From contig CAXWPH010000006.1 in assembly GCA_963666055.2 (NCBI GenBank), positions 64,001-128,000 of the forward strand: a DNA stretch of 64,000 bases. The letters run 5' to 3'. This document shows, one piece after another, positions 39,239 through 48,543 of the stretch (position 1 is its first letter; every line of letters begins with the position of its first letter). Below the pieces are notes generated by a model. The model worked only from the letters and a program-made list of their open reading frames with translations. It was not told where the DNA came from and did not search any database. Source of the DNA: Acidobacteriota bacterium (GTDB lineage Bacteria > Acidobacteriota > UBA890 > WLXD01). A program made the position numbers and the translations under genes.

Positions 39239-40030
39239 ATGAAACCATACCTGGACCTGATGCGCACGGTGCTGGAATCAGGGGCTCCGAAGGACGACCG
39301 TACCGGTACGGGGACGCGCAGCATCTTCGGCCATCAAATGCGTTTCGACCTGAGCGCTGGCTTCCCGTTAGTCACCACCAAGAAGCTCCACCTGAAGTCT
39401 GTCATCCATGAGCTGTTGTGGTTCCTGCGCGGCGAGTCCAACGTTCGCTACCTACGGGAACACGACATCAGCATTTGGGACGAGTGGGCGGACGATCAGG
39501 GCGAGCTCGGGCCGGTGTACGGAGTGCAATGGCGCTCGTGGCCCAAGGCCGACGGTGGGAGTGTCGACCAGATCGCCTGGGTGGTGAACGAGATCCGCAC
39601 AAATCCCACATCGCGACGGCTGGTGGTGTCGGCGTGGAATGTGGGCGAGATCGACAACATGGCCCTGCCGCCATGCCACACGCTGTTCCAGTTCTACGTA
39701 CGGGACGGTGTGCTGTCTTGCCAGCTGTACCAGCGCAGCGCCGATATCTTCCTGGGTCTGCCGTTCAACATCGCCTCGTATGCGCTTCTCCTGCAGATGG
39801 TGGCGCAAGTTACCGACATGCATCCCGGTCATTTGGTTGTGACGCTCGGCGATGCACACTTGTACGCCAACCACCTGGAGCAGGCTCGCCTGCAGCTGAG
39901 CCGTTCGCCGCGTCCGCTGCCCACCCTGCGCCTGGCCGCGGCGCGCAACATCGACGCCTTCCGTTTCGAGGACTTCGAGCTCTTGAGCTACGATCCGCAT
40001 CCGCACATCAGAGCACCGGTGGCCGTGTGA
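39239..40030 (+). CDS. thyA: thymidylate synthase
   Basis: [45 protein letters not shown]. Confidence 0.97.
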   Translation: MKPYLDLMRTVLESGAPKDDRTGTGTRSIFGHQMRFDLSAGFPLVTTKKLHLKSVIHELLWFLRGESNVRYLREHDISIWDEWADDQGELGPVYGVQWRSWPKADGGSVDQIAWVVNEIRTNPTSRRLVVSAWNVGEIDNMALPPCHTLFQFYVRDGVLSCQLYQRSADIFLGLPFNIASYALLLQMVAQVTDMHPGHLVVTLGDAHLYANHLEQARLQLSRSPRPLPTLRLAAARNIDAFRFEDFELLSYDPHPHIRAPVAV

Positions 40031-40851
40031 CCACCCATGCGGACACTTCGACACGGGGCGCTCACCGACTGAGTCTGATCGTCGCGGCCGCCGACGACGG
40101 CGTCATCGGCCGCGACGGGCAGTTGCCCTGGCACCTACCGGACGAGCTGAGGCACTTCAAGGCAATTACCCTGGGGCACGCGATCATCATGGGCCGCGTC
40201 ACCTACGAATCGATCGGCAAGCCGCTGCCCGGCCGACGCAACATCGTGCTCAGCCGCGACCCCGAGTATCGAGCCGAGGGCGCTGAAGTGGTGAAATCTC
40301 TCGACCAGGCCATAACGGCCGCCACCGACGGCGAGCGGCTCTTCGTCATCGGCGGCGCAGCTCTGTTCGCCGAGGCGCTACCGATCGCTGATCGAATCTA
40401 CCTCACCCGCGTTCACGCCGCCGTTGCTGGGGACGTGTCGTTTCCACGCCTCGACGAGCAGCGCTGGCGCCTGGTTTCGGAGGAGCATCACCCGGCGGAC
40501 TCTGAGCACCGTTTCGCGTTCAGCTTCCGCGTGTACGAGCGCATCGATCAGCGGGTCGACGCCTTCAGTCGCGATCTAGCCGCTTGTTCACGCGCCGCGC
40601 CGGCCGCGTGTTGTATTCGGCCTGCCAGGCGCGATGCAGCGGCGAGTCCGGGAAGTGCTCGCCAAGACCGTACGGGTAACCGCTCATGGCGTGGAAGGGC
40701 AGCGGCTCTACACGATCACCATGCAAGGTGTTCGGATCGCCGTCCTTCACCCATCCGTTCAGATACACGAGCCAGTCGCGCCGCCAGCCGTCATGGACTG
40801 GAGGCAGGGTATCGGCGAAACGCAGCACCACCTCGTCGCCGGCCGCGATGA
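40027..40851 (+). CDS. folA: dihydrofolate reductase with long C-terminal run-on
   Basis: GTGA overlap with thyA; [40 protein letters not shown]. Domain ends near 40545 but the first stop is at 40849-40851. Confidence 0.9.
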   Translation: MTTHADTSTRGAHRLSLIVAAADDGVIGRDGQLPWHLPDELRHFKAITLGHAIIMGRVTYESIGKPLPGRRNIVLSRDPEYRAEGAEVVKSLDQAITAATDGERLFVIGGAALFAEALPIADRIYLTRVHAAVAGDVSFPRLDEQRWRLVSEEHHPADSEHRFAFSFRVYERIDQRVDAFSRDLAACSRAAPAACCIRPARRDAAASPGSARQDRTGNRSWRGRAAALHDHHARCSDRRPSPIRSDTRASRAASRHGLEAGYRRNAAPPRRRPR

Positions 40852-43800
40852 TGACGTAGCGATCGTCCGCTTGCCGCACTAGCTCGCCCACCGCACCGTA
40901 GCGCGTGTAACTCCCCCGATGCGGATCCCAGTTCGAGCTCGAGCTGACATTCTCGTAGTCGAAGGTCTCATAGCCATCCACGGTCCGGCGCAGCGCCGAG
41001 AACCCGCGCCAACGGATCTCCGCACTTGCCGGCTCCAACACGTGGATGCTCACCTCCGGGATCGTCCCGGTCGCGGCATCCCGCATCACCAGGTCACCGC
41101 CGCGAGGCACCTCCCACTCGCCTTTCCAGTTCCCCGTAGGCAGCAAGCCGCGTGGATGACGGCCGCCGACGGTGTAGAACACCGCGTCCCAGTAGAGTCG
41201 CATCGTGGTGGTCACCCGAATGCGCGGATCCTGGGGATCGATGATCTCTGTTACATCAACGCTAATGGTGGAGTTCTTGCCATTGGGCAGCCCGATGTCA
41301 GCGATTGCCGTGCGCCAACCCCCACGACCATCAGGAACCTCGAGCGCAACCGGCGCGAACGCCACGCGCGGGTCCTCGTCGACAACCAAGTTGACGCTGG
41401 CGGTAGCCCAGTACACCCACCCGGTGAGATACAAGCGCACCTGTCCACCCGCGGCGGCGTCCGGAAGCGATAGATCGAGAGCGTGGGGCGTGGCGAGCCC
41501 CTCATACAGAGCCGGCTCGAAGGGCGCCGGCCAAACGCCGTCGATCGAGGCTAGCGCAGCGCTCCAATCGCGACCGTGCTGATCAACGGCGGCCACCGGG
41601 CGGGGCTCATCGACGACAAACAGCCGCAGCTCGGGATGCGGCGGCGCAACGAACTTCTCGTCCGGAATCACCAGCGTCCCTTCGGGATGGTCCACGGCCA
41701 GCAGCCGTACCGCGTCGAGGTACCCGGCTTCGCGCAGCTCCTCGCTAAGTCGCAACTCCAGCACGCCATCCCGAGGCTGGAGCGCCTCGCCCGGCACCGG
41801 TACATACTCGTCGAAATCAGCCGGGTGGATTACACCGGTGGCAAGTGGCATTCCTAGCGGAGCTACACCGAGCACCTCGTTGATGAAGCGCCAAGTCTTT
41901 CCGTCCCAGGTGTACAGCAGCGGACACGACCCCTCGAGCCGCTCCACTTCGGTAACCGGACCGAGCGTCGCGCGCGCCGCTACGGCGGTCTCGTTCTGCA
42001 GGATGCCGTTCGGCCATGTGATCCTCACCACCTCGACCTCGTCGAGATCTCCGAGGCCAAAGTGCACCGCGTCGCGCCGCATGCGGCGACGCTGGTACAG
42101 GCCTCCGCTCTTGACCTCGACCGACGCACCGATGCCGCGGACGTTGTTCTTGATGCCCCGTAGCCGCACACTCAGCCAGGCCCCCAGCGGCGCCGGCTGT
42201 TCGTACCAGACGGCCGTGCTGCCGGTGCTCACGAGGATATCGACGCTGCCGTCGCCGTTGCCGTCGAACGCATCGACCAGCTCACCGCCGCCGCTGTCAA
42301 GCACCGGCCCGGCAACGAATCGCCACTCGCCAATGTTCAGCAAGGTGTGCACCCCGTCGGCGGTCTCGACGATCAGATCGAGCCAGCCGTCGTTGTCGAG
42401 ATCACCAGCAACGATGCGCCGTACGGCGGCGGACATGTCGATATCACGATCGTCGAAGGTGCCGTCGCCGTCGTTGCGGAGCCCGCGTAGGCCGTTGGCG
42501 CCCCCGAGCACCAGATCGACGGCGCCGTCGTTGTCGAAGTCCTCGGCAACCGCGTCGACCGTGGCGGCGTCCCCGCCGGCGCCCACGGCGTCAGCGATCT
42601 CCTCGAAGCGCCCGCCTCGTGAGTTGGTGTACAAGGTCGCGGGTGCACGATCGCCGACGACGTAGAGATCGATATCGTTGTCGTCGTCGAAGTCGGCCCA
42701 CGTCACACCGATGGCTGCGGGCTGTGCCCCTAGCCCGGCGGCGAGGGTGGCGTCGGCAAACTCGTCGCCCCCATGGTTGAGCACCAGTCGCAGACCTGGC
42801 CCACTACCGGCGGCAGCGATCAGCAAGTCGAGATCGCCGTCGTGGTCGGCATCGACCCAGGTCACCTCGGTCGCATCGGGCGTGACCGGCAGCCCTGCCG
42901 ACTCGACGAGCTCGAATCGTGCCGTCAGTGGGTCGCTCCCCAGGTTGCGGAACAATTGACCGGCGGACGCCGCGGCGACGTACACATCAAGACTCCCATT
43001 CCGATCGGCGTCGCCGAGCGCCACCGGGCCCGCTACGGCATCAAGGACAACGGCGGTACTGCCGCCGGATGCGCCTTCCGTCGATCCGACCTGCAGCAGC
43101 TCGACGCGCCCGGCTCCAAGGTCGGCGGCAAGCAGCCGCCCCGCGAGGGCAACCGGCAGCGCCACTTCGCGTCGCGTGAACACCAGCCGTTCCGCCGAAT
43201 CCGTCGACGGCCGTGCGTAGTTAACGCGCGGCACCTCCACGCGCTTGTAATGACCTACCTCCAACGCCACCGGGGCCCGCTGCGCCTGAGAAAGCTGGCG
43301 CTGGTACATCTGGTAGCGCTCGAGGAGCGGCGTCGCCGCCTGGCGATCACCACCACGCAGCAACAGGAAGGCGGAACGGTACGTCGCTGAGACGAAATGC
43401 TGCAGTCCGATATCGAAGCCCATCGCCATGACCGCGCCGTAGTGGCGTTGCGCCGACGCCAAGTCTTGTAGTGTTTCGTAACTCGCCCCGAGGTTATAGC
43501 GGATGGCCGGGTCGGCCGGATCGAGCTCGGCGGCGAGAGCGAGCGCCGCCTGTGCCTGGGCTGTCTGGCCCCGCTTGGCGTGCAACAAGCCGCGCAGGTA
43601 GGCGGCACCGGCATGTTGCGGATCGAGTTGCGCAGCAGTATCGAGAGCAGCGAGCACCGCGTCGTCGTCTGCTGGCGCGGCGGCGGTCTCGTACAACGCC
43701 AACGCCAAATTGATCCAATCGCGCGCCGTGGCTCCGGACTGCTGCACGACGCGGTGGAACGCCGCCGCGGCGGCCACGTGCTGCTTCTCCTCGTACAGGG

Positions 43801-43957
43801 CCTGCCCGCGGTTTCGTAGCGACTGCTGGGCGGCATCCTGCGGCACTGCGAGGCCAACAAACGGACCGCAAACGAGGGCTAGAGCCGCTACCAGGATGGG
43901 CAGCGCCGAGCGGCGTCGGCCACTTCGCGAGCCGAGCTGCTGACCCTCAGGCGACAC
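40565..43957 (-). CDS. exported TPR + FG-GAP/VCBS + ASPIC/UnbV (CRTAC1-like) protein
   Basis: TPR-like helices, repeated D.D.DG..D motifs, GIGASVEV...HFGLG, SCPLLYTWDG, GWVKDGD; GGAGG RBS before GTG 43957. Confidence 0.87.
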   Translation of the reverse strand: MSPEGQQLGSRSGRRRSALPILVAALALVCGPFVGLAVPQDAAQQSLRNRGQALYEEKQHVAAAAAFHRVVQQSGATARDWINLALALYETAAAPADDDAVLAALDTAAQLDPQHAGAAYLRGLLHAKRGQTAQAQAALALAAELDPADPAIRYNLGASYETLQDLASAQRHYGAVMAMGFDIGLQHFVSATYRSAFLLLRGGDRQAATPLLERYQMYQRQLSQAQRAPVALEVGHYKRVEVPRVNYARPSTDSAERLVFTRREVALPVALAGRLLAADLGAGRVELLQVGSTEGASGGSTAVVLDAVAGPVALGDADRNGSLDVYVAAASAGQLFRNLGSDPLTARFELVESAGLPVTPDATEVTWVDADHDGDLDLLIAAAGSGPGLRLVLNHGGDEFADATLAAGLGAQPAAIGVTWADFDDDNDIDLYVVGDRAPATLYTNSRGGRFEEIADAVGAGGDAATVDAVAEDFDNDGAVDLVLGGANGLRGLRNDGDGTFDDRDIDMSAAVRRIVAGDLDNDGWLDLIVETADGVHTLLNIGEWRFVAGPVLDSGGGELVDAFDGNGDGSVDILVSTGSTAVWYEQPAPLGAWLSVRLRGIKNNVRGIGASVEVKSGGLYQRRRMRRDAVHFGLGDLDEVEVVRITWPNGILQNETAVAARATLGPVTEVERLEGSCPLLYTWDGKTWRFINEVLGVAPLGMPLATGVIHPADFDEYVPVPGEALQPRDGVLELRLSEELREAGYLDAVRLLAVDHPEGTLVIPDEKFVAPPHPELRLFVVDEPRPVAAVDQHGRDWSAALASIDGVWPAPFEPALYEGLATPHALDLSLPDAAAGGQVRLYLTGWVYWATASVNLVVDEDPRVAFAPVALEVPDGRGGWRTAIADIGLPNGKNSTISVDVTEIIDPQDPRIRVTTTMRLYWDAVFYTVGGRHPRGLLPTGNWKGEWEVPRGGDLVMRDAATGTIPEVSIHVLEPASAEIRWRGFSALRRTVDGYETFDYENVSSSSNWDPHRGSYTRYGAVGELVRQADDRYVIIAAGDEVVLRFADTLPPVHDGWRRDWLVYLNGWVKDGDPNTLHGDRVEPLPFHAMSGYPYGLGEHFPDSPLHRAWQAEYNTRPARRVNKRLDRD

Positions 43958-44130
43958 CGTTTTCCTCCATCGACCGACGTGTGGGGACGCTTCTACACAG
44001 TCTAGTGCGTCGCCGCCCAACGGGCCCGCCGGCCCTGGCCAGCCCAGGTCCGCCACTTGATACCGACGGGGCACTCCTTTCCCGGGGTCGTCGGCGTTGT
44101 AGATTAGGTACGTTCAAATGGGGGGAAGCC

Positions 44131-44505
44131 ATGCGGCGAAACATACTCGTCTTTCTGTTCGGGTTCTTGGCTGGGGTGACGGTGATCCATTTCCTGGAGG
44201 GCCCATTCGATCTGGGGCTGCTGCGCAACGAAGCCTCAGAAGCGCTCGACTCGGCCGGGCGTGGGGCGCGTAACCTGCGCCTGTCGACCAAGGTGCGCGC
44301 CGCGCTGGCGCTGCACAAGGACTTCAGTCTCTTCGACATCGACGTCCAGGCCGATGCAGAAGAAGGCAACGTCACCCTCGGCGGTCAGGTGGGCACCGCA
44401 GACCAGCAAGCTCTTGCCGAGCTCATCACCCGCGGCGTAGATGGGGTCGAAAACGTCGACAATCGTCTGGAGGTGCACCGCGCCCCCGAGCCGACACAGA
44501 ACTAG
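44131..44505 (+). CDS. BON-domain membrane protein
   Basis: N-terminal TM; TKVRAAL...IDV....GNVTLGGQV...VDGVENVDNRL. Confidence 0.85.
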   Translation: MRRNILVFLFGFLAGVTVIHFLEGPFDLGLLRNEASEALDSAGRGARNLRLSTKVRAALALHKDFSLFDIDVQADAEEGNVTLGGQVGTADQQALAELITRGVDGVENVDNRLEVHRAPEPTQN

Positions 44506-44524
44506 TGCTCCGCGCGGGCGCTAG
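44502..44524. repeat. degenerate collapsed family-B palindrome
   Basis: CTAGTGCTCCGCGCGGGCGCTAG, similar to 35456-35479; carries the BON gene TAG stop. Confidence 0.65.
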
Positions 44525-44551
44525 GTTGGGACGCGCCGCAGAGCAAGCGAA

Positions 44552-44585
44552 GGGCCGACGATATTCGATCGTCGGCCCATTTCTC
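44552..44585. terminator. intrinsic terminator between convergent BON and ferredoxin genes
   Basis: 11-bp stem GGGCCGACGAT/ATCGTCGGCCC followed by a short T-rich tail. Confidence 0.7.
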
Positions 44586-44595
44586 GTCTATCGCG

Positions 44596-44609
44596 CTAGC
44601 AGGCCGTGG
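44596..44609 (+). repeat. family-A terminal repeat remnant
   Basis: CTAGCAGGCCGTGG, an exact 14-nt match, followed by another CTAG at 44611. Confidence 0.7.
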
Positions 44610-44650
44610 ACTAGGGACGCCTGCTCCTGGAACTCAGCTATGGCGCCAAG

Positions 44651-44947
44651 CTACTCGTCGTAGGGGACGTCGGAGAGCACGTAGTTGAGCGGCGTGTACT
44701 CGGTCCACTTGGCGGGCACTTCCTCGTCCAAGAAGATGGCGTCGACCGGACAGACGGGCTCGCAGGCGCCACAATCGATGCACTCCTCAGGGTGAATATA
44801 GAGAATCTCCTCTTTGCCCTCAGGAGCCTTCACACCGTGCACGCTCATCCCGTCGTCGTCGATCTCGTAGATACAGTCGACTGGGCATACTTCGACGCAG
44901 GCTCGATCGCGAACGTTCACGCACGGTTCAGCGATGATGTAGGTCAT
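44651..44947 (-). CDS. 7Fe-type dicluster ferredoxin (FdxA-like)
   Basis: MTYIIAEPC...[10 protein letters not shown]...[22 protein letters not shown]; GGAGAGG RBS. Confidence 0.93.
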   Translation of the reverse strand: MTYIIAEPCVNVRDRACVEVCPVDCIYEIDDDGMSVHGVKAPEGKEEILYIHPEECIDCGACEPVCPVDAIFLDEEVPAKWTEYTPLNYVLSDVPYDE

Positions 44948-45139
44948 CCTGACATCCTCTCCTACTGTGACCCGCTTCCCAGTGTGACCCGACCTGATGG
45001 TAGGCGAGACTTGCTTTCTTGGCGTCATGGCGAGCCTTGATGCGCCCGCGCGGTCACAGTAACACACGCGATTCGAGCCAGCAAAACACCATTTCAGCGC
45101 CTCGATCCGGTGGGAAAACGAAAAAAAAACTTCGGGTTG

Positions 45140-45271
45140 TTTTGCACACCCCGATCGCCGCACTTTCGCCCCCCGGCGCTGGCATCGCGGTAACCGGTGA
45201 ACGCTGTACACACTGAACATACGGATGCGCGGCAGCAGCGCGGCAATATCGTTTTCCACACGATTTCCACA
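45140..45271 (+). promoter_or_regulatory. DnaA-box cluster
   Basis: TTTTGCACA (45140-45148) and TTTTCCACA (45252-45260) match TTWTNCACA; ATTTCCACA (45263-45271) has one mismatch. Confidence 0.55.
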
Positions 45272-45315
45272 ATACCTTGCGGGGTTGTTGACGTTGACCC
45301 CCCACATGCTGTGGT
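45267..45315 (+). promoter_or_regulatory. tandem NrdR boxes
   Basis: CACAATACCTTGCG (45268-45281) and CCCCACATGCTGTG (45300-45313), 32 bp apart, upstream of an RNR gene. Confidence 0.72.
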
Positions 45316-45322
45316 CAACGTC

Positions 45323-45352
45323 TTGACAACCGCGAAAGCTGCAAGGTAGAAC
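45323..45352 (+). promoter_or_regulatory. sigma70-type promoter for nrdJ
   Basis: TTGACA-N18-TAGAAC. Confidence 0.45.
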
Positions 45353-45436
45353 TTGGAGCCTTGGCAGGGCCGTCAGCAGTCGCGGCAACGGGCCAAACCG
45401 CCTCCCAAACGTCCCAAAGATCGGAGCACCAGTACT

Positions 45437-48235
45437 ATGTCCCCTGACAAGAACGCACCTCCCGGCTCCGGTGCTTCACAGACTGTGGATCCCGCTCCAC
45501 GCGGGGCCGAGGCAACCAGGAAGCAGCCAACGACAACGAAGCGCAAAGCTGCAAAGAATCGCACCGGCTTGAGCTTCACCCGCTACTACAGCACCGAGGG
45601 CGTGCACCCCTTCGACGCGGTCGAGTGGGAACGCCGCGATGCGGTCATCGAGAGCCATACGGGAGGTTTGGTTTTCGAGCAGGCCGACGTCGAGTTTCCG
45701 GCCTTCTGGAGCCAGCTAGCGACCAACATCGTGGCGTCGAAATACTTCCACGGACAGCTCGGCACCTCGAGACGCGAGTCGAGCCTCAAGCAGCTGATCG
45801 GCCGCGTCGTCGGGGCCATGACGCAGTGGGGAATAGACAGCAGCTACTTCGCCAGTGACGAGGACGCCGAGATTTTCTCCGACGAGCTCACCCACCTACT
45901 ACTGCACCAGATGGTGGCCTTCAATTCTCCCGTTTGGTTCAACATCGGGATCGCCGGAGAGCGCCAGCAAGCCTCGGCCTGCTACATCAACCACGTCGAG
46001 GACAAGATGGAGTCGATCCTCGACCTGGCGAAGACCGAAGGGTTGATCTTCAAGTTCGGTTCTGGTGCTGGAGTAAACCTGTCGCGCCTGCGCGGCTCGA
46101 CAGAGCATCTGTCCGGCGGCGGCATCGCATCCGGGCCGGTCTCTTTCATGAGGGGCTTCGATGCCTTTGCCGGTGTGATCAAGAGCGGAGGCAAGACGCG
46201 ACGCGCCGCCAAGATGATCATCCTCGACGTCGACCACCCGGATATCGTGGAGTTCATCGAGTGCAAGGGAGTTGAGGAGCGCAAGGCCTGGGCCTTGATC
46301 GGCGCCGGCTATGACCCGTCGCTGGATGGCGAGGCCTATGGGTCGGTCTTCTTCCAGAACGCCAACCACAGCGTGCGGGTATCGGACACGTTCATGGAGG
46401 CGGTCGAGAACAACGCCGACTGGATCACCACCGGCCGCGTCGAGGGGCAGCCCGTCGGCACGCACAACGCCAGAGAGCTGCTTGGCAAGATCGCCCAGGA
46501 GACCTGGCAATGCGGCGACCCCGGGATGCAATACGACGACACCATCAACCGGTGGCACACCTGCAAGGCCACCGATCGGATATACGGCTCCAACCCTTGC
46601 TCCGAGTACATGTTCCTGGACGAGACCGCCTGCAACCTGGCGTCGCTCAACCTCCTGCGATTTCAGCAGGAGGACGGCACGTTCGACGTGCAGAGCTTCC
46701 GGAAGGCGGTCGATATCGTGTTCACGGCGATGGAGATCGTCGTCGGCTACGCCGACTACCCGACCGAAAAGATCACCCAGAACTCACTCGACTACCGACC
46801 GCTGGGACTGGGCTACGCCAACCTGGGAGCCTTGCTGATGCACCAGGGGCTGCCTTACGACTCCGATGAGGGGCGCGCCTACGCCGCCGCCATCACCGCC
46901 ATCATGACCGGCGAGGCCTACGCTCAGTCGGCGCGCTGCGCCGAGGTGCAGGGCCCCTTTGCAGGCTACGCCCCGAACGAAGAAGCGATGCTCGGAGTGA
47001 TGCGTATGCACCGCGATGCCGCGTACGACATCGACGATGCGACGCACCCGAACTCATTGTCGCGTGCCGCCCGACATGTCTGGGACCGAGCGGTGGACCT
47101 GGGAGAGGAACATGGCTACCGCAACTCCCAGGCATCCGTGCTCGCACCAACCGGAACGATCGGTTTCATGATGGACTGCGACACCACCGGAGTGGAGCCT
47201 GACCTGGCGCTGGTGAAACACAAGCGCCTGGTCGGTGGCGGGACGATCAAGATCGTCAACGCGTCCGTCCCCGCCGCCCTGCGCAAGCTCGGGCACAACC
47301 GCGATCAGGTCAACAGGATCGTCGATCACATCAACACGAAGAACACCATCGAGGGCGCCCCGGATCTCAACGAGTCACACTTGCCGGTGTTCGATTGCGC
47401 GTTCCGGCCACCGAACGGTGAGCGATCGATCCATCACTCGGGCCATCTGAAGATGCTGGCAGCGACGCAGCCGTTCATCTCCGGCGCCATCTCGAAGACG
47501 ATCAACATGCCGGCAGAGTCGAACGTCGAGGAGATCGCCGACGCCTACAAGCAGGCCTGGAAGCTGGGCCTGAAGGCGGTCGCGATCTACCGCGACGGCA
47601 GCAAGCGCTCTCAGCCGCTCGCGACGACAGCCGGGCAGGCGGAAGGCGAGACGGTAGTAACTCGGCCGCCCGTGCGACGCCGGCTGGCCGATGAGCGTGC
47701 CTCGGTGACCCACAAGTTCTCGATCGCCGGCCACAAGGGCTATATCACCGTGGGTCTATACGAGGACGGGACCCCTGGCGAAGTGTTCATCACGATGGCC
47801 AAACAAGGCTCGACCATCTCGGGTCTCATGGACTCGTTCGCCAGCATGACATCGTTCGCGCTGCAATACGGCGTACCCCTGAGGTTCCTGGTGCAGAAGT
47901 GCATCAATGCGCGGTTCGAGCCCAGCGGCTACACGGGCAACCCCAAGATACGGTTCGCCAAATCGATCACCGATTACATCTTCCGTTGGATGGCGAGCCG
48001 GTTCCTCACCAAAGAGGAGCAACGGGAGCTCGGGCTCGACAGCAACGACGCGACCGTGACGCCGACGGTGGTTTCGGCACAACCCGACGCGAGCCCCGTA
48101 GCGGCGGAACGCGCTGGGTACGGCTTCGTTCCGCCGACGGACGCGCCGGTGTGTCCCGAGTGCGGGTCGCTCATGGTTGCCAACGGAAACTGTCACAAAT
48201 GCATGAACTGCGGATCGACTTCGGGGTGCTCCTGA
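45437..48235 (+). CDS. nrdJ: adenosylcobalamin-dependent class II ribonucleotide reductase
   Basis: [51 protein letters not shown]; C-terminal TSCPD-like region and CxxC..CxxC..GCS. Confidence 0.96.
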   Translation: MSPDKNAPPGSGASQTVDPAPRGAEATRKQPTTTKRKAAKNRTGLSFTRYYSTEGVHPFDAVEWERRDAVIESHTGGLVFEQADVEFPAFWSQLATNIVASKYFHGQLGTSRRESSLKQLIGRVVGAMTQWGIDSSYFASDEDAEIFSDELTHLLLHQMVAFNSPVWFNIGIAGERQQASACYINHVEDKMESILDLAKTEGLIFKFGSGAGVNLSRLRGSTEHLSGGGIASGPVSFMRGFDAFAGVIKSGGKTRRAAKMIILDVDHPDIVEFIECKGVEERKAWALIGAGYDPSLDGEAYGSVFFQNANHSVRVSDTFMEAVENNADWITTGRVEGQPVGTHNARELLGKIAQETWQCGDPGMQYDDTINRWHTCKATDRIYGSNPCSEYMFLDETACNLASLNLLRFQQEDGTFDVQSFRKAVDIVFTAMEIVVGYADYPTEKITQNSLDYRPLGLGYANLGALLMHQGLPYDSDEGRAYAAAITAIMTGEAYAQSARCAEVQGPFAGYAPNEEAMLGVMRMHRDAAYDIDDATHPNSLSRAARHVWDRAVDLGEEHGYRNSQASVLAPTGTIGFMMDCDTTGVEPDLALVKHKRLVGGGTIKIVNASVPAALRKLGHNRDQVNRIVDHINTKNTIEGAPDLNESHLPVFDCAFRPPNGERSIHHSGHLKMLAATQPFISGAISKTINMPAESNVEEIADAYKQAWKLGLKAVAIYRDGSKRSQPLATTAGQAEGETVVTRPPVRRRLADERASVTHKFSIAGHKGYITVGLYEDGTPGEVFITMAKQGSTISGLMDSFASMTSFALQYGVPLRFLVQKCINARFEPSGYTGNPKIRFAKSITDYIFRWMASRFLTKEEQRELGLDSNDATVTPTVVSAQPDASPVAAERAGYGFVPPTDAPVCPECGSLMVANGNCHKCMNCGSTSGCS

Positions 48236-48333
48236 GTTAGTCGATCCGCGGGTTTTCTCGCGCAGCGCGGTGGGCGGACCGCACTGGGGTGGGCGGCGGC
48301 CCGGCTCACCGCGTTGCCGAGTATTCGCCTTCC

Positions 48334-48399
48334 GACGGGTCGGCCGGGGCCGGGGGCTGCCTCCCGCCGTCGGTCGAGGGCTGCGCCGGCCGACCCGTC
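48334..48399. terminator. long GC-rich hairpin between convergent nrdJ and ggt
   Basis: GACGGGTCGGCCGG / CCGGCCGACCCGTC, 14-bp stem with large loop and no U-tract. Confidence 0.4.
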
Positions 48400-48456
48400 T
48401 GATCGTGCTGACGGCTATGCCGGAGGCGATCGATGCCATCCTCGACCTAGTGGCCG

Positions 48457-48543
48457 CGTAACCATCGCCTCCTCCTCTCTCCTTGCCTCGACCTCGCAAG
48501 ACCCTGTCGCCAGACCCATCACACTTTCACCACGGCCTGCTAG
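48457..48543 (+). mobile_element. solo right arm of family-A element
   Basis: GTAACCATCGCCTCCTCCTCTCTCCTTGCCT..CGCAAGACCCTGTCGCCAGA..ACACTTTCACCACGGCCTGCTAG, nearly identical to 26334-26419; its CTAG holds the ggt stop. Confidence 0.88.

Noticed and set aside
45100-45320. Replication origin
   Set aside because: Only about three DnaA boxes, no clear unwinding element and no dnaA/dnaN/gidA context; better explained as nrdJ regulation.
44948-45388. N-terminal extension of the ferredoxin ORF (245 aa)
   Set aside because: It crosses the regulatory spacer; the RBS and family N-terminus place the start at 44947.
44948-45436. Cobalamin riboswitch for nrdJ or ferredoxin (CACTGGGAAG-like piece on the minus strand)
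   Set aside because: The other conserved B12-element segments are missing.
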